A stretch of 64,000 nucleotides of DNA from Octopus sinensis (taxonomy: Eukaryota), in NCBI RefSeq assembly GCF_006345805.1, contig NC_043001.1:126170001-126234000 (forward strand), given 5' to 3'. The notes under the pieces were generated by a model that saw only the letters and a program-made list of their open reading frames with translations, was not told the origin of the DNA and did no database searches. Positions 13,633 through 26,957 of this stretch are shown piece after piece (within the stretch, counting starts at the first letter, position 1; each line of letters begins with the position of its first letter). A program made the position numbers and the translations under genes.

Positions 13633-14719
13633 AACACACACACCACACACACACACACACACATGAGTGACATCCTCCAAAATTCAGTGTGACAAAGTTG
13701 AAATGAGAGCAATAAATTTTCCACCTTGGTTGCAATAATTCTTCCAGTCTCTTCTAATATTTGTTTTTCGTTTGTTCTGTACTTCTCCCCCTTCTTATTC
13801 AACCCTGCCCATATCCAGTTTTTCCTTTTCTTCTTCCAGTCTTTACTATTTCAAAGACGACAATCATTAAAAGGTTAAGAAGTGTTGGTTGTAAATGACA
13901 ATAAATTGATTCAAAGTGGGTTTATTATTGCTGTCAGTTTTGCAAATACTCATTTGAAGGGGATAGGCAAGCAAAAAAAAACAATAATATCTTCCGTTGA
14001 AGTTTCGTATTGCGAAGTAGAACTTAATGTTTAAATCAGAGCTCCGGTTACTGTTGAACTGATATCCATCTTTAGCTAACATTAAAGGAAGATTAGTGGT
14101 TGGTAAGAGGATGAAAAGATTGTGAGTGCACGTGTGTGCGCTCGCGTGTGCGTGTGAGGAGAGAGAGACTTTGTGCATGCATGTACGAAACAAAATTAAA
14201 ATAAGATAAAATAGAATAAATTAATTAATATGAACAAAATTTCATTACTATCAACGGAAGCAGTATTAGTACAGAATAGCATTTTGTATATCATACTTAA
14301 CGCAGATAAGCTGTAACCATCTATACAAGATGCTTTCACGAGACGAATACCGCAGTTTCAGGCTTTATACAGTATATCTGCGTTCAGTATAATATACAAA
14401 ATGTTATTATAAATGAAAGTAAAAGAAATCATCATCATCATCATTATTATTATTGGTAAGTCGTTAGCCGAAAATGACTTTGCCTTTAATCCTTTCGGGT
14501 CGATAAAATAAGTAACAGTCGAACACTAGGGTCGATGTAACAGATTTCCCCATGTCTGGCATCGTGTCTGGCACGTGTCAAGATGTCTGGCATCGTGTCA
14601 AAATAAGAAAGGATTGTTATTATTACTATTGTTGTTGTTGTTGTTGTCGTCGTTGTTGTTGCTTTGTTATCACTATTGAGCCCAATATACCTATCGTCAC
14701 TACTCGTTTGATAAGGGTA

Positions 14720-15095
14720 TACGAGGCACATGCATCACAACCACATGAGCGCGAAATGATGATCTCATATGAAGATGAACGGCGCATAATGCTGCAGGTG
14801 GAGCCCAGTTAGAATTTTCTTCAGGTCGAGTATCTCATTCCGTTCAAAAGGTCCCTGAATAAGGATTTGTTTAAGGATGATGAACGAAACATATGTTTCC
14901 AGGGGTGAATTATTCATATCCCCAAAATCTCTATCAAAACATGACTATGATGCTCCCCCTCTATTCCAGCTCGTAATCAGAGATGCATATATCGTCAACC
15001 ACTAAGGAACATGCTTAACTGGTGAAGGTCAAACAACTGACGAGTAAATATGTAGTATTGAGCAGAATATTTGCTGTAACTCATCCTGTACACCA
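14720..15095 (+). repeat. Unclassified interspersed repeat, partial second copy at ~25300-25450
   Basis: Both copies share CTATGATGCT...CTCGT.ATCAGA.ATGCA.AT..GTCAACCACTAAGG.ACATGCT.AACTGGT.AA.GTCAA.CAACTGAC. Confidence 0.6.
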
Positions 15096-15183
15096 TGAGA
15101 AAACATGTCCATGTTAATATTTCCAACCAGTTAAGATAATATTGCAATTATCATTACTATTATTGTTGTTGTTGTTGTTGTTG

Positions 15184-15231
<48 letters not shown>

Positions 15232-15477
15232 CATTATTGGTGGACTTGTAGAGTCGTTAATGTGTAAACAAAATACTCCTGTGTTAATTCTTCCGGTAGT
15301 TTACGTTCTGTATTCAAATCCCACTGGGCTGAACTTTGCCGTTCATTAATCCGAGATCAATAAAATAAACTACCAGCCATATACTGAGCTCGATAATGTT
15401 GTCTAATCTCCTTTCCTCAAAATTGTTGGTCCTGTGCATAAAGTAGAAATATTTTTATCAGGACGATGGATTGGCAG

Positions 15478-16059
15478 TTTATAACCTTTTGTACGCTTTC
15501 TGTTACGTTCATGCGTTAGTGTCACATGACAGTATATTTTGCGCCCAAAAAGAAGGCCAACACCGTTGAGTAAACATGTTTCGGAGCTCCAAATATAATC
15601 TGGCAGGTGGGAGAGTGGACAGGAGTCGTTTATATGTAGTCCAGTGGCTAAAATTTAGGTTGTTAGCTGTGTAGCTTCCTCGTGATAAGTGGTAGAATGA
15701 ATTTTGTGTGTGAATACTTATTTGCATATGTACCCTGTTAAAGTTTGTTAAGTTTTGCTTTGTACTTTTGTGTGAAAGTATTTTCTTGTTTATGCGTGCT
15801 TCATCTGAGGTATTCGCTGAATATAGATAGAGTGGGAAAAACCTGGAATTTGGGTGACTTACTTTTGCACATATGTCTATGTGACCGCTCAGTGGAATCT
15901 GTCTAGTACTAGGGCTTCGTATTTGTTGTTGGTGAATGGTCAGTCTATTTCTTACTGTAAGCTTTGTTTGACCTATGTAATCTTCTTTCTGGGCGCAAAA
16001 TATACTGTCACATAACACTGACGCACGAGCGTAGCAGGAAACGTACAAAAGGTTATAAA
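15478..16059 (-). mobile_element. Penelope-like GIY-YIG endonuclease fragment bounded by 78-bp inverted repeats
   Basis: ORF segment EDYIGQTKLTVRNRLTIHQQQIRSPSTRQIPLSGHIDICAK matches the YIGQT..R..H pattern of PLE GIY-YIG domains. Arms 15478-15555 and 15982-16059 match at 68/78 positions. Confidence 0.8.
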
Positions 16060-16147
16060 TTTAATCACGTGTTCATTCCCTCCTAATATTTGACAGAAGT
16101 ATTGATTGTTTGGACATGATCAGTCAACCGTGTCAGCCTTAACTTAC

Positions 16148-16195
16148 GACGCCAAACGATGCCACTTGATACTAACACACGGACGTAGCGGGGAA
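16148..16195 (-). CDS. Candidate 48-bp exon of an unidentified gene
   Basis: TTTTTAAAG acceptor, GTAAGT donor, phase-compatible with the 120-bp candidate. No recognised homology. Confidence 0.2.
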
Positions 16196-16934
16196 CTTTA
16201 AAAATTTTAAGACCAGTCATGTGACTATCCTCTAATAATCAAATCCTATTCAAAACATATACTAATTTGAGCCATGAACTCCCTATAAAAATAGGGCAAG
16301 CTTCAAACATTAGTCAGAAGCAAGACAGCTGTGACATAAGCCACGTCTTTCTGTTTAAACTTTTTGAAAACCAGTGAAAACTGTGAAACTGGTTAAAGCT
16401 TTAAATGTATTAATAAAAAAATATTTTAACTATTCTCAGTGCATTTTCAACTTCTGTTTTTCATACAAACACACACACACACACACGCGCACACACACAC
16501 ACACACACCACACACACACACACATAAGTAAGCGCATAGATGCAAAGCAAGGTGGAAAAACTAGTACTCGAAATCAACTTTGCCTTTCATCCTTCCGAAG
16601 GGGGTCGATAAAATAAAGTACCAGACCAGTACTGAAGTAGAGTTATATACCTATACATCATCGTAGATATGAATGGAATTACAATAAAAGATGGTCACTA
16701 CGAACGCTAAAGTTAAGCACCAGATCACGTGATCATAGGGATTTCTTTTGTCTGGTGACACAGAGGTAAAACTACTGAGAAAGTTATTGATTTCAATTTC
16801 CAATCAAAATTGCTTCCCTCTACTTCACTTGCTAATTACCTTAATAATGCACACCCGTTAATCTTTCATTTTTATACACACACACACACACACACTTTAT
16901 TCACCCATTCCTGCCTTATACGCACTCGTCTTAC

Positions 16935-17054
16935 ATTACTTTTGAATCGTTTAAATTGTTGCTGCTGTCTCTGTTTAACATGATGTTCTTGTTGCTGCTG
17001 TTGTTTAGTGAAGCAGTGACGGTTTTCAGTGTGGCGGTGGGGCGGGGAGAGCGA
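16935..17054 (-). CDS. Candidate internal exon of an unidentified gene (120 bp)
   Basis: Long polypyrimidine tract plus CAG acceptor, GTAAGA donor, length divisible by 3, two open frames. No recognised homology. Confidence 0.25.
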
Positions 17055-18218
17055 CTGTGTGAGTAGAATGCGTGAAGGGAAGAGGAAAAGGGAGAGAAAG
17101 AGAGTGGTAAATGAAAATGTGCGTATGAAAGAGAACGAAGGAGCTGGGGGGAAATAAAGAACTGAGAGGGGCAGAAGCCTCTCAGATTCTCATATAGCTT
17201 TTCCGCCATATACACCTCATGTTTCAAATCTCTAGATGAAACAGTTAACATAATTGATAGAATTGTTGCAGCTGTTATTGTTGTTCTGTTGTGGTGAGTA
17301 GTTTCGATATTCCGTACCGTGCATTGCAAATGGAGTACACCATTGAGAAGTAAAAAAAAAACAAAAAAAAGAATGTGTGCGTGTTTGCGCGTGTATGCGT
17401 GTTTGCGCGTGTATGCGTGTTTGCATGTTTGCGCGTGTGTGTGTGTGTTTGTGCGTGTATGAAAATGTGAGAGAGAGAGAGAGAGATTGGGAGGGATATG
17501 ACAAGGAGAGATATGTGATAAGATGATAAATCGACAAAACGGAGGCGGGAAAAAGCAGACGACAGCTGGATTTTCCTGCTTTTACTGTTAAATACTTGCG
17601 ATTTGAGACGTTAGTGGCTTGGTGGTGTAGTAGTTGGTGAAAACGTCTACAATTAAAAGTATTTATCAGAATTGCTGGAATGTAACAAATAAAAGATTAT
17701 GGAGATGATAAACAAATGGCAGAAATACAAGGAGAGAGAGACAGACAGGCAGACAGAGAAGCAGAGAAAAAAAAAAACAGACAGACAGACAGACAGATTG
17801 TGAAGGTCGAAGAATGAAGTGTAAAGGAAGGAGTAAGTTGAGTGGGTTCAGAGATGTTTGAAATATGAAGTGGGAGTGAGGAAGAATGAGACAATGAATG
17901 CGTGCAAAATAAAGAATTAGGGGTTAGAACGGAGTAGCAGAAATATGGTAAGGTTGGTGGGAGGTGGGGTTGGAAGGGAATAGATCGGTGAATAAATGGA
18001 TGGGATGGTTGGATGCGAGTAGAAGGTGATGGATAGATAGAGAGAGGGTAGTTAGTTAGATATACAGATGAAGAAGAAAAATTGATAAACAGATCGATAG
18101 ACATACAAGATAGAAAATTTGACGGATGGTTAAATGGATGTATAAATTAATACATACACACAAAGATATATATATGTATGTATATGTATAAGTATGTATA
18201 TATACATAAATATATATA

Positions 18219-18251
<33 letters not shown>

Positions 18252-18487
18252 CGTATACATACATATATGTGTATGTATGTATATGAATGTGTGTGCATAT
18301 AAACATATATATATATATATATATCAAGAGAGAAAGGGTGAGAGAAAGAAGGGGAAAGAAGAGATAAGAAGAGTAATGAAAAGATGACTCAAAGAATAAG
18401 TGGGGGGGAGGTAAACGAAGGGAAAAACAGGAGAGCAAGATGAGAACGATGTGTGTTTCTGTCTTTCTTAATGAATTTGTGAATGTC

Positions 18488-18520
<33 letters not shown>

Positions 18521-19823
18521 GTGAATGAGTATATCTTGTACTTGAGTGTATCTAAGATTACAATCATGTATTGGTTATCTCCTAACAAACAGTCAGCCAA
18601 AAAAACAAAGAATAATTTAGAAAGAGGGAGAGGAGGAGGAGAGACAAGAAAAAATGTATCAGAGAATCATCTGAAGCTCTTCAATAACAATATGGTAGGG
18701 CAGGTGAAACATTGTTGTTGTATTGAGAAGTTTCTCTCTCTAAAGAAATTTATATCTGAATATGAAACAATCGGAGATACTCAATTGATAGATAAATAGG
18801 AACTGCTAAAAGAACGAATGTATTTATTGAGGAAATACAAACTAAGAAAGAAACAGCATAAAAATCAATCAAGCATCCAATTGTACAGATAGACATTATT
18901 TAGACGTCAGAAATTGTATATTCATAATAAATAACCACGGTGGAAGAAGAGAATGGTAAAATAAAATGGAAGGAAGAATGGGTGGGGTGACTCAAACAGT
19001 AGCTGGCAGCTTTAGAGTTGGAAATTTTATGCAATTAGTTATGCTTGCAAAATTTTAAATTTAAAAAAAGACAGCGTGTTGGCAGAAAGGTTTATAGCAC
19101 GTTTTTACGTTCTGAGTTCAAATTTCGTCGAGTTTGACTTTGTCCGTCATCCTTTCGGTGTCGATAAAATAAGTACCAGTCGAGCACTGGGGTCGATGTA
19201 ACCGACCTAGCGCTTCCCCGAAAGTTGCTGTTCCTCAGCCAAAATGTGAAACCAATATTTAAATTCATAAAAGGCTACGAGCTGGCAGAATCGTGAGCGC
19301 GCCAAGCAAACTACTTAGCGGCATTTCGTCCGTTTTTCTGTTCTGACTTAAAATTACAGCTGATTTTTAGCCTGTATATAGAGTTAGAAATCTATATTCA
19401 AATAGCGATTATCGCCTTTCCTAAGAGTGAAGTCAATCAGTTTAACTCTTAGGAAAGACATTAACATTTCTCTATCTTCCATCCTTTTTTACATTGAAGC
19501 AATTACTAACTCCAAGTAACTAAGTTCAATGAAGAAGAATCAATGGTTCTCAAAGGGACAACTACAAGCCCTTACCCACTCACGCCTAAATATTGGTTTC
19601 AAATTTTGGCACATGGCCAGTAAGAGCGGAGAAAGAGGTGAGACGATTACATAGACTCTAGTGCTCGACTGGTACTTATTTTAAGTCCCCGGAAAGATGA
19701 AAAGCAAAGTCGACCTGAGTGAAATTTGAACACAGAACATAAAGACGTATAAAATGTTGCGAAGCATTTTGCCAGCTTTCCGCCTTACTTACACCTAAAT
19801 ATTAAAGAAACTGTTCCATTCTG

Positions 19824-20104
19824 TAGGTAGGTAGGTTAGTAGGTAAGTAGGTAGGTAGGTAAGTAGGTAGGTAGGTAGGTAGGTAGGTTGGTAGGTAGGT
19901 TGGTAGGTAAGTAGATAGGTAGGTAGGTAGGTAGGTAGGTAGGTAGGTAAGTAGGTAGGTAGGTTGGTAGGTAGGTAGATAGGTAGGTAGGTAGGTCGGT
20001 AGGTAGGTAGGTAGGTAGGTAGGTAGGTCGGTCGGTAGGTAGGTAGGTAGTAGGTAGGTAGGTAGGTAGGTAGGTAGGTAGGTAGGTAGGTAGGTAGGTA
20101 GGTA
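19824..20104. repeat. (TAGG)n microsatellite
   Basis: About 280 bp of interrupted TAGG. Confidence 0.97.
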
Positions 20105-21310
20105 TTAAGGGGTGTAGAGCCACCTTTTATTCACTCTTGTTCTCAGTTCTTTTCTGATTCTAAGAGATAGCACCTTTTAGGGCCCCAACTATGGGTTAAA
20201 GAGCATGCGAACTTCTGGGAGTGAAGGGCCCTTACTCCTTGTTAGAACTTCCTTCTAAGAGAAGGTATACACATATAAAACAAAACAACATGTAGTTCAG
20301 TTAATTTCTGGTTGTATTGTAGTGAAAACTGTTTGATTTGGTGGCTTTGTTTTAAACTAATTTAAAACAAGTTCTCTCATTGGATGAAAAGGTTTTAGCC
20401 AGAATTACTCTGAAAGATATTTAGGAACGCTTCTAGAAACTTCCATAAGAAGTTATAAAAGCCTAGATATTTTCCGATTTTAGTAAGTGGATAACGTGCC
20501 TTCCGGAAAGTATGTTACTCACTCTTATATACACTTTTTGTTCTATTTTAACGTCTTTACTATAACGATACTTTCCTCCATAATGACCTTAAGTCATGAA
20601 TCTAATGCTTTCTTTAGTTTAATTTAAATGAAATTGATAGGTAATTTCTTGTCATTTCTTTGTGACAGATAACTCTTAGACCAAAATTTAGAACTAATTT
20701 CCTGCTACACGTTTTTTCACGTCTTTCTTTATTGACGAAGAGAGATTACTCCCGTGTATTTATATATATATTTTTTTTAAACGTATCAGTAAAATAAACG
20801 AAAACCAACTGAAAATATCTTGAAAATTTGATCTGTTTACACTTCTTCACAACATTGTATTAGACTATTCTTGTCATTTTACCAACAGTTAGTAGTAAAA
20901 GGAATTAGTATAAATGAAAGGACACATAGATGTCACACACAACTTACTTGTATCATATCTAATGGGATTCATCATCAAACCACAGAATTACATATGAAGA
21001 CAACGAAATAGAAGCCGAAGATATACAAGTCTCAACCTCTGTAGTGCCGCTGGTTTTATAGCTGATTGCGCTGAAAAGCGGTTTCAGTTCTCAGAAAGGT
21101 GGGTTCAGTTCCCACCCAATACAAATTCAGGCACAGGAACTTTTTGGACACTCGGAACGTTTGCACGACTTACTGAGTTTCAGAAGTGATCTTACTCGGT
21201 TGCGAGTTGATTTCCAAAACTACCATCATGTATGTATGTATGTATGTATGTATGTATGTATGTATGTATGTATGTATGTATGTATGTATGTATGTATGTA
21301 TATTATGTAT

Positions 21311-21540
21311 AGTTAAGTTAAGTTAATTTTTTGGCTCAAAAAGCAAAAAGCAAGGCCATGTAGGGGGACATGGAGTTATGTACAGGGAGGGTGTTCATGC
21401 AAAGAGTTCAGGCCAGTTCTGGTCAAGAGAGACTTTGAACCGAGCGGTCGTCGGCATCTTCACTATCTCGTCCGGCAGCTTATTCCACGGATCCGCAACA
21501 CGGACGGAGAAAGCCCCTCTCCTTCGATTGAGATGAAATG
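21311..21540 (-). mobile_element. CR1-clade LINE 3' end
   Basis: HLNRRRGAFSVRVADPWNKLPDEIVKMPTTARFKVSLDQNWPELFA* matches the CR1 FS.RV...WN.LP...FK..LD motif. Followed by a 3'UTR and a (TTAAC)n tail. Confidence 0.88.
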
Positions 21541-21566
21541 TATGTATGAATGCATGCTTGCTTGTA

Positions 21567-21781
21567 TGAGGGGATCCTGAAAAGTTTCTGGTTTTAAGGG
21601 TGTCGCGAATGGCCTGGTTGGAAACCCACTTTCCATGTTCTTTTACAGGGCTTAGAAAAACTGAAGGGCCACTGCCATAAGCGTGTGAATGTGAGAGGGG
21701 ATATGTTAAGTAAAATTATAATTAACTGATCCTCCTATATTTTCTTTTATCCAAAGCCAGGAACTTTTCAGCACCCACTCG
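21567..21781 (+). mobile_element. Mariner-derived MITE (~215 bp)
   Basis: TA-flanked imperfect TIRs (TGAGGGGATCCTGAAAAGTTTCTGG / CCAGGAACTTTTCAGCACCCACTCG). The interior retains a transposase C-terminal trace (QGLEKLKGHCHKRVNVRG). Confidence 0.75.
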
Positions 21782-23503
21782 TATGTATGTATGCATGTAT
21801 GTATGTATGTATTTATGTATGTATGTATGTATGTATGTATGTATGTATGTATGTATGTATGTATGCATGCATGTATGTTTGTATGTATGTATAACGTGAT
21901 AATTGGTGATTTGTTAAAGTAACGAGGAAGACATGTAAACAGCATCTCCATCAACAATATTATCTTCCCAAATAACCCAACAACCACCATTTTCTGTTCC
22001 CACCATAAGCAAAGTCTTGCCGCCTCTCTCATCGTCATTGGCCTGTTTTCCTCTTGTTCTGTTTGCTGTACTATAATAATAATCATCAAAACATTTTACT
22101 TTACAGATACCACAAACAGACAAAAAGGTTGAGCGAAAGACAGATAAAACAGATAGGCAGTAAGAAAGAGGCATAGACACGGGCAGACAGAGAGAGAGAG
22201 ACGGTGAAATCAAGTGACAGACAGAAAGAGAGAGAGGAAGAGAATGATAACTAGTTATGCAGACAGCAAAGAGAAGACACAGACGGACAGAGAAAATCGG
22301 CAACAGTACATGTCAGTAATATGTTGTCTGTCAATTGGAAATTAGTCGTAGGGGAGTGGTGGACAGACGGAAGGGCTGATGTGATTTACAGGGGACGGGT
22401 ATGTACATAAGTATAGGAAGGATTGTGCTTGAGAGTTGTGGGGCATGGAATGGTCAAGCGTGAAGTTATGCAGATGGAAGAGAGGGAGACGGAATAAAGG
22501 AATCTAAATGGGGGTTTTTTTTTTCAGTTTTGTTGGTGTTGTTTTGATTGTGTGTGTGGTGGGAAGAGCTAAGATGAGCCATCATGATCGAATAAACCAC
22601 CTGACTGACAGCTGACTGATGATTTTGACGTGTGACATCTACGAAAAGGGGCGAGAAGCAGCTGTTGGGAAGGAAGACTTTGCATGAATGTATGTCTTTG
22701 TGTGTGTGTAAATGGTGAGAGGGTATGATAAAATGGACGTTAAACCTTGTACACATTCACACACACACATACATACACACGTATACAGTTACACATACAA
22801 CATACTGGGGCACATTTTTGAGACACACACATTCACACACAAACAAACATCAAGTAAACACACAAATATGAAGAAATTTATGGGAACTTTATAACGTGGT
22901 TGATCGCCCGCTCGATGTCCTTCCCATTTAATTCGCATGGAAAAGGCCATTTTGTTTTTCTAATCTGAAATCGTAACGCACAAACATTCGAGGCAGCTGG
23001 TGCCTTCTCTTGCAATAATACAAAACTGGGATCTTTTCTATTCTGAAGCCAGGACCACAGATCTTTCTACTTAACTAAATAATCTGAAACTTCGTATGCT
23101 GATAGAGTCTAGCAAAACAAGACACAGGTTGGAACTAGTTTATTTGAGAAAAATCTATTTTATGACTTTAATCGTAGATTAAAACTGCGAATTTTAACCA
23201 ATCAGATTGTTTGTTTTCATGTGTAAAACTTGACTGCATTCTATTAGTGTGACGTAGAAAGCGCTTTTGTGACGTACTAACGTTCGGAAAACTGTAAACA
23301 AACACGGCAGACGAAATACGGCTACGCATTTCGCCCGGCGTGCTAACGTTTCTGCCAGCTCTTTGCTTTTTTAATATTAAATTTCGGCGAAGTTTCGCTT
23401 GTCGTAGCACAAGTTTTCCGTCGATTTCCGTAAAAAACTTTTATTTTTTTACATAAGTAATGAGAGCGAAAGAGACTAAGAGGAAGCGATTTTATGACGA
23501 GGG

Positions 23504-24045
23504 AAGTTTGTCTTTGAAGTTACCGTCTAGGGGAAGCATTGATGTACATGTGTGTGTGTGTGTGTGTTTGATGGGGTGTGGGAGACAGTATGTTGTGTAA
23601 GTGAAGTGCTTCTGTTAGTGTGTGTGAAGAGACAGAGAGAGTAATGTGTGAAAGAGAGAGATAACTGAAATTTTTTACTCGGTGTATGTGTATATGTATG
23701 TCTGCATGTATGTGTGTGTGTGTATGTATCTATGTATGTATGGCCGATTCATCGTAATTACGATGAATCGGCCATACATACATACACACACACACATACA
23801 TACACACACACACATACTTACACATACATACACACACACATACATGCAGACATACATATACACATACACCGAGTAAAAAATTTCAGTTATCTCTCTCTTT
23901 CACACATTACTCTCTCTGTCTCTTCACACACACTAACAGAAGCACTTCACTTACACAACATACTGTCTCCCACACCCCATCAAACACACACACACACACA
24001 TGTACATCAATGCTTCCCCTAGACGGTAACTTCAAAGACAAACTT
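23504..24045. repeat. Spacer-less palindrome of 542 bp
   Basis: Centre is GGCCGATTCATCGTAATTACGATGAATCGGCC. Non-microsatellite parts of the arms are identical by eye; the arms differ in the internal TG/TATG tract. Confidence 0.92.
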
Positions 24046-26880
24046 TTGTTATTAGAAGGTGGCTGACTATAGCTTGTTTACATTTAAGATGTCTAATACG
24101 TCACGAAATTGGTGGTCGAGACGGAGTAAATAAAATAAGCGAATGACGGAACATCATTGGTTAAAATTCTAATTATTAAACAACGTTAAACTTAGAAGTT
24201 ACAATTCCGTTTTCATTCTGGTTTACAATTAAGTTTACTTTTGACACATTCTACCAGTATACGAAGTTTCAAATTGTTTGGTTCAGTAGGAAAAATTTGA
24301 AAAAACTGGCTTCAGAATAGAAAAGATCCCAAAACTGTTGCTTCGGAATATATGGCAACCTTCTTCTTCCATGTCATCAGACATGGGCCGACTTTCGTGC
24401 GTAATATCCTTTCTACTATTAGCACAAGCCCAGAAATTATTGGGGCGGGGAGGGTTATAGTCGAAAACATCAACCCCAGTGTTCAAGTGGAACTTATTTT
24501 ATCAACCTCAGAACGTAAAGACGGACGAAATGCCACTAAGCGTTTTGTTCAGTGTGCTAACGATTCTGCCAGCTCACCGACTTACTCTCAGGTATAATAT
24601 CATAAAGCATTAGATTTTTGAAATACATTTTCTATTAAAATACATTTTCTGTTAAAATTTCTAGGAGATTTTGTTAAGTCTAGGGAGAGTTATTGTGCAA
24701 TCCAGATACAAAACCGAAGTATCGTGAAGATACTACATTGGCTCTTGTGTTGTTTTTTTAATGCATCAATCTGAAAGTTGAATGTATGCTCATTGGTCTG
24801 CTTCTCAATGATACCCCAGACGAAATTGTCCAGGAAGTTTAAATCAAGAGATTTATAAGTTTGTGGTTAGCGGGTAAGGCGTCGAGAAGATATGTAATGT
24901 CTGAGTCACTTGTAACTTTAATGCTGTCTTCTCCACCAGGGAATTAAATACAAGGTTGATTAAATTAAAAATGATTCACCTCGTCGCGTTAATATACGTA
25001 TACGAAAGAAACACGTGCATATAGCTCTTATACTGAAACAAGAGAGCTAGCTATATGGTCACGCAAATAGCCATCTTCAAAATTGCATCAAGATTTTATT
25101 TTTCTTTAATAAGCAAAAGGAAAAAATAAATAGGCATCTGACTGCACGATGATATTACAAATGTCGCATGATCACTTAAGCTAGTAATTGATAATACTGT
25201 GTAAATCGAGTTTTGTCCTTGGGTAGCAACTATTATTTCCTATTTCCTTACTCCTAGAAAGTGCGAAAAATGGTTAATATTTCCTTCAAACTTTGCTTTT
25301 GTTATGATATTTATTCAAACGCCAAAGAATCCCTCTCAACACATGGCTATGATGCTCTCCCCCCGCTCCATTGCTCCTGCTCGTGATCAGAAATGCACAT
25401 ATTGTCAACCACTAAGGGACATGCTCAACTGGTTAAAGTCAAGCAACTGACCTATAGATAAAACGGTAGTGAGGAAGTACTTATAGAATGTTGAAGATCT
25501 ACATTAAAATAAACGAGGTAAATGTTTAGTGATTGTAGTGTGAGATTTTAGGTAGAGTACGAGTGGAAAGCGGACACTTAGATGCATAATGTGAGTTCGA
25601 CTAGAGTCGAGAGGCTATGATGTTTTGGTAACAACATAACAGGGAAAAGTAACAGCATGTCTGTGTGAGTATTTGCCAATCAGTTGAATGGTTTTCCTTT
25701 AGACGAAAACAGATATATCTCATTTCTTCAAAACAATTGATTTTTATTGCACACACTGCATAGTACGAAAGCAGTATGGAGGAAGCCCACATCATTTACA
25801 AGACTGAAAAATATGACAGTTTAGCCATCAGAATGAGAGAATCTGCCTTCCAAACCAAAGTCTTATAGATGGAGATGGGTACGAGAGGTTTTATGAGCAA
25901 ATCTACCAATGATCCTATGAAACATCTCTCAGTTTATGGGAGAAAAAAATCAGAGTTCTTAACGCATTGGTAAAAACAGTAAGTTATTCCACAGTCAAGT
26001 GGCGTCTTCGACTGAACTCAAGGTTCCTGGGCTCTGAGGTACCTTGACAACCCAGGAAGATTACAATGCAAACGTGGCAGCAGAGGAATATTCAGGAGTC
26101 ATGACCTGGATGTGACTCGGCCCCCGTAAACTGCATGAGTGGGGCGAAGGCTTCTCTGAAAACCTTTTACTGATCAGCTCTCCTTAAATTTTCTTACGAT
26201 CAACAGATATAATCTAGAATGTTGCAGTGTTTCAGATATACGAAACAAACTCCAATGTAGGTCTTCTGTTGAAATATATAGAAGTTCAGTAATTGTTCAG
26301 GCCCGAAATATTTTCTAATTTTTGAGAGGAAATTTAGTTTTAAGGACTTAAGGTGATCAGATGACCGTCTTTGTCTTTATAAATGAAGTATTCCAAGAGA
26401 AACATGTCGACCGATCAACATGTTAGTTTACATTAAACATATAATGTATCGACATGTTAATTTACATGAAGTATATAAGCGTCTTGCAGATATTTACATA
26501 CTTTTATGCATTCAAATATTGTTAATTCGTTTCTTATATAATGCTGGTATGGATGTATTTGTTTGTACTGAAGCCATGTTATTACAGCTGGGTACCTTTG
26601 CGTCCTGTGAGGTAGGAGAGGAATCTGTTTTTGCCAGTCAGACAAACTAGAGCAAGTTTGCGCAGCTTTGTATTGAAACACAACTGAGCAGCTGCAAAGA
26701 TTTAAAGATGTGGCCAAAAGAAAGAGAAATTTAGCAGTCCAGTATCACGATCTTTATAACTTTCTTTCCTAACAGATAAGTTTTGAACATTATATCATGA
26801 ACGATAAACATCGTGTCTAAATCATGTAATAGCTCTCAATATTTTGAATACATACACAGCATACAAGTGTGAGTAATGTG

Positions 26881-26957
<77 letters not shown>

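Noticed and set aside
19824-20104. (TAGG)n as an interstitial telomeric repeat
   Set aside because: The unit is TAGG, not TTAGGG; it is an ordinary tetranucleotide microsatellite.
20948-21070. Minus-strand 123-bp exon candidate with a GTAAGT donor
   Set aside because: All three frames contain stops.
25780-25900. Possible RTE C-terminal trace (AIRMRE...KVL.MEMGTRG)
   Set aside because: Too short and degenerate to annotate without an alignment.
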